From the NCBI GenBank assembly GCA_035285125.1, contig JAYKHR010000127.1, forward strand, positions 1 to 20,408: a stretch of DNA of 20,408 bases. The letters are read 5' to 3'. The translations under genes were made by a program, and so were the position numbers. This document shows positions 16,301 to 20,408 of the stretch, one piece after another. The notes below the pieces were generated by a model. The model did not search any database and was not told the origin of the DNA. It saw only the letters and a list, made by a program, of their open reading frames with translations. The stretch is from Candidatus Sericytochromatia bacterium. Its GTDB lineage: Bacteria > Cyanobacteriota > Sericytochromatia > S15B-MN24 > JAQBPE01. Each line of letters opens with the position of its first letter. Within the stretch, counting starts at the first letter, position 1.

Positions 16301-17380
16301 ATGGCTGGGCGCAAGCTTCCCCCGGAACAGAATTTTTTCAGCATGTTGCTGGGCAAGCTGGGGCTTGGCAGCGCCCCGCCACCGCGGAAGAAGCGGCGCA
16401 AGCGGGCCATCACGGAGAGCCTGGCCGGCGCCGACGTGGCGGGGGAGGCGCGGTCCCCGTTCGCGGACTACGGCGCCCACTCGGGGCTGATGGAGGGCGC
16501 ACAGGATGCGCCCGAGCCCGTGTTCGAGGGCCCGGACCCCACAGCCTTCAGCCCGGCGGCCGTGCCGGCGGCGCCCGCCCCGATCGCCTCCGGCGGCCGG
16601 CTCTTCGAGGAGGCCGCCCTGGACAGCTCGCTCGACGCGCTGTTTTCTGGGCTGGAGTCGGGGCTCGGGAGCGCTGTCACGATGCCGCCTGAGACCTCGT
16701 CGTTCGCGCCGCCGGCTCCTGCCCCGGCGCCCGCGCCGGAGCCCCCCACGCCCGTGAAGGCCCCACGAGAGCCCCTGTTCGACGAGTTCGGGCTCTCCGC
16801 GCCGGTGCCCATCCCCCAGGCGACCCCTGCAGGCCCGACGCCACCGGCCCCGGGCTCCTCCCGCGTGATCCACGCGCCCATCGTGGCCGCGATGCCCGCC
16901 CCGGCGCCGCCGCCCCCTGCACCGCAGCCGGTGGCGGCGCCCCCACGGCCGACGCCTCAGGCGGTGCCAGGCGCGCTGCGGGCTGCCCCGGCCCTGGCGG
17001 GAGCCCCGGCCGACGCCCTTCAACTGGCCCGCGGCGTGGACCTGCAGGCCCTGCTCGGCGCCGTCGCGGCGGCCCCAGGCGTGGGGGGCGCGCTGCTCGT
17101 CGGCCACGACGGGCTGCTCATCGCGGCGCGCCTCCCGGGCGGGGTGGATGCCGAGACCCTCGGTGCTCAGGCCTGCGCAACCTTCACGGGCGTCGACGGC
17201 CAGACGGGCCGCCTCGGGCAGGGCGCGCTGCGCCGGATGTTCCTGGAAACGGCCGGTGGCGCGATGTTATTGACCGCTGCCGACATGGGTATCTTAGTCG
17301 TGGTGTCGCGGGACGGCCAGCAGATGGACCTGGCCGCCGTGGTGGGGGCCATCGCGGCACACCTCGGACCGGGCGCTTGA
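16301..17380 (+). CDS. Roadblock/LC7 (MglB-like) domain protein with long Pro/Ala-rich N-terminal extension
   Basis: ATG after AGGAG. The C-terminal ~110 aa 'LQALLGAVAAAPGVGGALLVGHDGLLIAA...AETLGA...LGQGALRRMFLET...GILVVV' matches the roadblock pattern. Confidence 0.85.
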   Translation: MAGRKLPPEQNFFSMLLGKLGLGSAPPPRKKRRKRAITESLAGADVAGEARSPFADYGAHSGLMEGAQDAPEPVFEGPDPTAFSPAAVPAAPAPIASGGRLFEEAALDSSLDALFSGLESGLGSAVTMPPETSSFAPPAPAPAPAPEPPTPVKAPREPLFDEFGLSAPVPIPQATPAGPTPPAPGSSRVIHAPIVAAMPAPAPPPPAPQPVAAPPRPTPQAVPGALRAAPALAGAPADALQLARGVDLQALLGAVAAAPGVGGALLVGHDGLLIAARLPGGVDAETLGAQACATFTGVDGQTGRLGQGALRRMFLETAGGAMLLTAADMGILVVVSRDGQQMDLAAVVGAIAAHLGPGA

Positions 17381-17462
17381 ACCACCGCCGGTGAGGGATC
17401 GCCGGCGCCCGGCCCCGGATGATGATCGATAACACCCACGGACTCGGTGGAGGAGAAGCTCG

Positions 17463-19379
17463 ATGGCCCTGGTAAAGATGAAGTTGGGGGAGATCCTCCT
17501 CAACGCCAACCTCGTCACCGAGAACCAGCTCAAGAAGGCCGTCGAAATCCAGAAGGAGACCAAAGAGTCTCTCGGGATGATCCTCATCAAGCAGGGCTAC
17601 ATCTCGGAGGCGTCGATCAAGGACGCCCTCGAGCTTCAGTACGGCCTGCGCTACGTCAACCTCCGCAAGATCAAGGTCGCGCCGGAGGTGCTCAAGATGG
17701 TGCCGGAGAACCTGATCCGGCAGCACCTCATCATCCCGATCCAGTTCGCGAACAACAGGCTCACGCTCGCGATGGTCGACCCGACCAACCTGATCGCGAT
17801 TGACGACGTCCGCTTCCTGCTGAAGGGCGTGGCGGTCCAGCCCGTCATCATCACGGAAGACGAGTACTACGACTTCCTCGACAGCCAGTTCAAGGTCGAA
17901 GTCGATGACATGAACAAGGCCGGCCTCGACGAGCTCATCAGCTCGCTGACGGACGAGGACGACATGGAGCTCGTCGACGATGACGACGAGAACAACCTCT
18001 CGGCCGTGGACCTGGAGCGGCAGGGCAACGACGCCCCCGTGATCCGGCTGGCCAACACGATCCTCACCAACGCCCTCGGCTCCGCCCGCAAGGTCTCGGA
18101 CATCCACATCGAGCCGCAGGCCACGGGCATCGTCGTCCGCTTCCGGCAAGACGGCGTGCTGCACAAGCAGATGGACCTGCCTAGCAAGATCCTGCCGGCG
18201 CTGGTCTCCCGCTTCAAGATCATGTCGAACCTCGACATCGCCGAGAAGCGCCTGCCGCAAGACGGCCGCATCAGCGTGAAGTTCAAGGACAAGGAGATCG
18301 ACTTCCGCGTCTCCACCTTGCCCTCCAAGTTCGGCGAGAAGATCTGCATGCGGATCCTCGACAAGTCGAACACGGGCGTGCCGCTCGACAAGCTGTTCAT
18401 CTTCGAGAACGACTTCAAGACCGTGAAGGAGATGGTCAACCGCCCGTTCGGCATCATCTTCGTGTGCGGCCCGACGGGCTCCGGCAAGACCACGACGCTC
18501 TACTCGATCCTCGCGGACCGCAACACGCCCGATGTGAACATCTCGACCGCCGAGGACCCCATCGAGTACGACTGCCCGGGCATCACGCAGTGCCAGGCCA
18601 AGCCCGAGATCGGCTACACCTTCGCCCGGATCCTGAAGGCCTTCCTTCGGCAAGATCCGGACATCATGCTCATCGGTGAGACGCGCGACAAGGAGCTCGC
18701 CAAGATCGCCATCGAGGCCGCGCTGACGGGCCACCTCGTGTTCACCTCGCTGCACACGAACGACGCCCCCGGCGCGATGATGCGCCTCGACGAGATGGGC
18801 GTGGAGGGCTTCTTGACGGCGGCGGCGACCATCGGTGTCATCGCCCAGCGCCTGGTGCGCCGCGTGTGCGGCAAGTGCTCCGTCGAGTACACGCCCGACC
18901 AGGCGACCATCGACTTCGTGGGGCTGAAGTACGACCCGAGCCAGCCGCTCACGATGCGCAAGCACAGCCACGACGGCTGCCCCGACTGTGTGAAGGGTTA
19001 CTCGGGGCGCATGGGCGTGTACGAGATTATGAAGATGACGGACGCCATCCGCGAGGTCGTGGCCCGCGGTGGCGGCGCCGCCCTGATCCGCTACGCGGCG
19101 AAGCAGTCCGGGATGGTCCAGCTCAAGGACTACGCGCTCAAGCTCGCGCTGCTCGGCCACACGGACATCGACGAGGTCATCCGGGTGTGCTTCTCGGACG
19201 AGGGCTCGGCCAAGCTGTGCCCCACCTGTCGCAACGAGGTGGGCGACGACTACATCAAGTGCCCGTTCTGCTCCACCAACCTGCGAATGGTCTGCCTCAA
19301 GTGCAACTCCCGCATCGAAGAGGGCTGGAAGGCCTGTGCCCTGTGTGGCACGCCGGCGCCGAGCGCGACCGGCGCGTGA
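17463..19379 (+). CDS. pilB: Type IV pilus assembly ATPase (GspE/PilB family)
   Basis: MshEN-like N-terminus; 'SDIHIEP', 'LDIAEKRLPQDGRI', Walker A GPTGSGKT, 'EDPIEY', 'LRQDPDIMLIGETRD', 'TGHLVFTSLHTN', tetra-Cys zinc motif; adjacent to pilT. Confidence 0.95.
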   Translation: MALVKMKLGEILLNANLVTENQLKKAVEIQKETKESLGMILIKQGYISEASIKDALELQYGLRYVNLRKIKVAPEVLKMVPENLIRQHLIIPIQFANNRLTLAMVDPTNLIAIDDVRFLLKGVAVQPVIITEDEYYDFLDSQFKVEVDDMNKAGLDELISSLTDEDDMELVDDDDENNLSAVDLERQGNDAPVIRLANTILTNALGSARKVSDIHIEPQATGIVVRFRQDGVLHKQMDLPSKILPALVSRFKIMSNLDIAEKRLPQDGRISVKFKDKEIDFRVSTLPSKFGEKICMRILDKSNTGVPLDKLFIFENDFKTVKEMVNRPFGIIFVCGPTGSGKTTTLYSILADRNTPDVNISTAEDPIEYDCPGITQCQAKPEIGYTFARILKAFLRQDPDIMLIGETRDKELAKIAIEAALTGHLVFTSLHTNDAPGAMMRLDEMGVEGFLTAAATIGVIAQRLVRRVCGKCSVEYTPDQATIDFVGLKYDPSQPLTMRKHSHDGCPDCVKGYSGRMGVYEIMKMTDAIREVVARGGGAALIRYAAKQSGMVQLKDYALKLALLGHTDIDEVIRVCFSDEGSAKLCPTCRNEVGDDYIKCPFCSTNLRMVCLKCNSRIEEGWKACALCGTPAPSATGA

Positions 19380-19423
19380 AGCCTGCTGGCTGGCACCCCT
19401 GACCGAAAGGACCCGACACCGCC

Positions 19424-20408
19424 ATGTATATGGAAGAACTGCTGCAGATGGTGTTCGACCGGGACGGGTCGGACCTCCACATTGCAGCCAATGTGCCCCC
19501 GATCATCCGCATCAACGGCAAGCTGACCAAGACGGACTACGAGCCGCTGACGGGTGAGGACACGCAGCGCCTCATCTTCTCGATCCTCACGAACGAGCAG
19601 CGCAAGCAGCTCGAGCAAACCTACGAGCTGGACTGCTCCTACGGCGTCGTCGGCCTGGGCCGCTTCCGCGTCAACTCCTTCAAGAGCAAGGGCAACTACG
19701 CGGCGGTGCTTCGAACCATCAACTCGAAGGCACCCAAGATGGAAGACCTCAACATGCCGCCGATCGTGAACGAGCTGACGCACAAGCCACGCGGCATGGT
19801 GCTGGTGACGGGTCCCACGGGTTCCGGCAAATCGACGACGCTGGCCGCGATGATCGACCACCTCAATACCACTCGAAGCCTGAACATCATCAGCCTCGAA
19901 GACCCGATCGAATTCGTTCACCCGAGCAAGCGCAGCCAGGTCGTGCAGCGCGAGCTCGGTACGCATATCTCGAGTTTCGCCGATGGCGTCCGCGACTCGC
20001 TGCGTGAGGATCCCGATGTCATTCTGGTCGGCGAGCTGCGCGACGCCGAAACGATCTCCATGGCCATGACGGCCGCGGAAACGGGCCATCTCGTGCTCGG
20101 CACGCTTCACACCACGAGCGCAGTAAAGTCCGTCGACCGAATTATCGATGCGCTGCCGTCGGATCAACGCGAGCAGACGAAGAGCTTCTTGTCGCACAGT
20201 CTGCATGCGGTCGTCACGCAGAATCTCGTAAAGACGCCTGATGGCCGCCAGCGCCGTGCCATCGTCGAAATCATGGTGATGAACCGCGCTATCGCCAAGC
20301 TCATCACGACGGAGCAGACGCACCAGATACCCGCGCAGCTCCTGACAGGCAAATCTCAGGGCATGCAGCAGATGGACCAGGCGCTGCTCGATGCAATCAG
20401 CGCAAAGC
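19424..20408 (+). CDS. pilT: PilT/PilU family retraction ATPase, 3'-truncated by window; possibly chimeric
   Basis: Absent from the ORF track because no stop falls in the window. My translation from ATG 19424: MYMEELLQMVFDRDGSDLHI...GRFRVN...GMVLVTGPTGSGKSTTLAAMID...EDPIEFVH...LREDPDVILVGELRD...AAETGHLVLGTLHT. Confidence 0.93.
   Translation, partial: MYMEELLQMVFDRDGSDLHIAANVPPIIRINGKLTKTDYEPLTGEDTQRLIFSILTNEQRKQLEQTYELDCSYGVVGLGRFRVNSFKSKGNYAAVLRTINSKAPKMEDLNMPPIVNELTHKPRGMVLVTGPTGSGKSTTLAAMIDHLNTTRSLNIISLEDPIEFVHPSKRSQVVQRELGTHISSFADGVRDSLREDPDVILVGELRDAETISMAMTAAETGHLVLGTLHTTSAVKSVDRIIDALPSDQREQTKSFLSHSLHAVVTQNLVKTPDGRQRRAIVEIMVMNRAIAKLITTEQTHQIPAQLLTGKSQGMQQMDQALLDAISAK

Noticed and set aside
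13754..17107. Very long antisense and alternate-frame ORFs (1117 aa here; also 17184-19160, 6124-7947, 12703-14499, 8082-9623, 19250-20323)
   Set aside because: Shadow ORFs expected from high GC3. They overlap clearly identified genes and contain no recognisable motifs.
17463..19379. Lower overall GC of pilB as evidence of horizontal transfer
   Set aside because: Third positions remain strongly G/C as in rpsF and rpsR; the drop reflects Lys/Ile/Asp/Asn-rich composition.

Overview
High-GC bacterial chromosomal segment; the cyanobacteria-like PilB and PilT N-terminus suggest a non-photosynthetic relative such as Ca. Sericytochromatia (inference only). In order: the 3' end of a biotin-carrier-containing carboxylase subunit; an orphan M.NlaIII/M.HpyI-like adenine methyltransferase whose conserved N-terminus has no canonical start codon (probable ATC start); three tandem predicted lipoproteins (two NHL beta-propeller proteins, one helical-repeat protein); tldD-pmbA and a small Ig-like lipoprotein on the minus strand; then a plus-strand run rpsF-ssb-rpsR-pheS-pheT-[roadblock/LC7 protein]-pilB-pilT (partial). 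The best candidate for an undescribed system is an MglB-like roadblock protein with a putative membrane-targeting N-terminus and a long disordered linker, encoded directly ahead of the type IV pilus motors. Its neighbour PilB carries a degenerate MshEN domain and a double zinc-ribbon tail. pilT changes codon usage and apparent family at its Walker A motif, so it looks chimeric (possibly an assembly artefact). No rRNA, tRNA, CRISPR array, transposase or integrase was seen. Family assignments come from recognised motifs, not database searches; codon counts are approximate hand counts.
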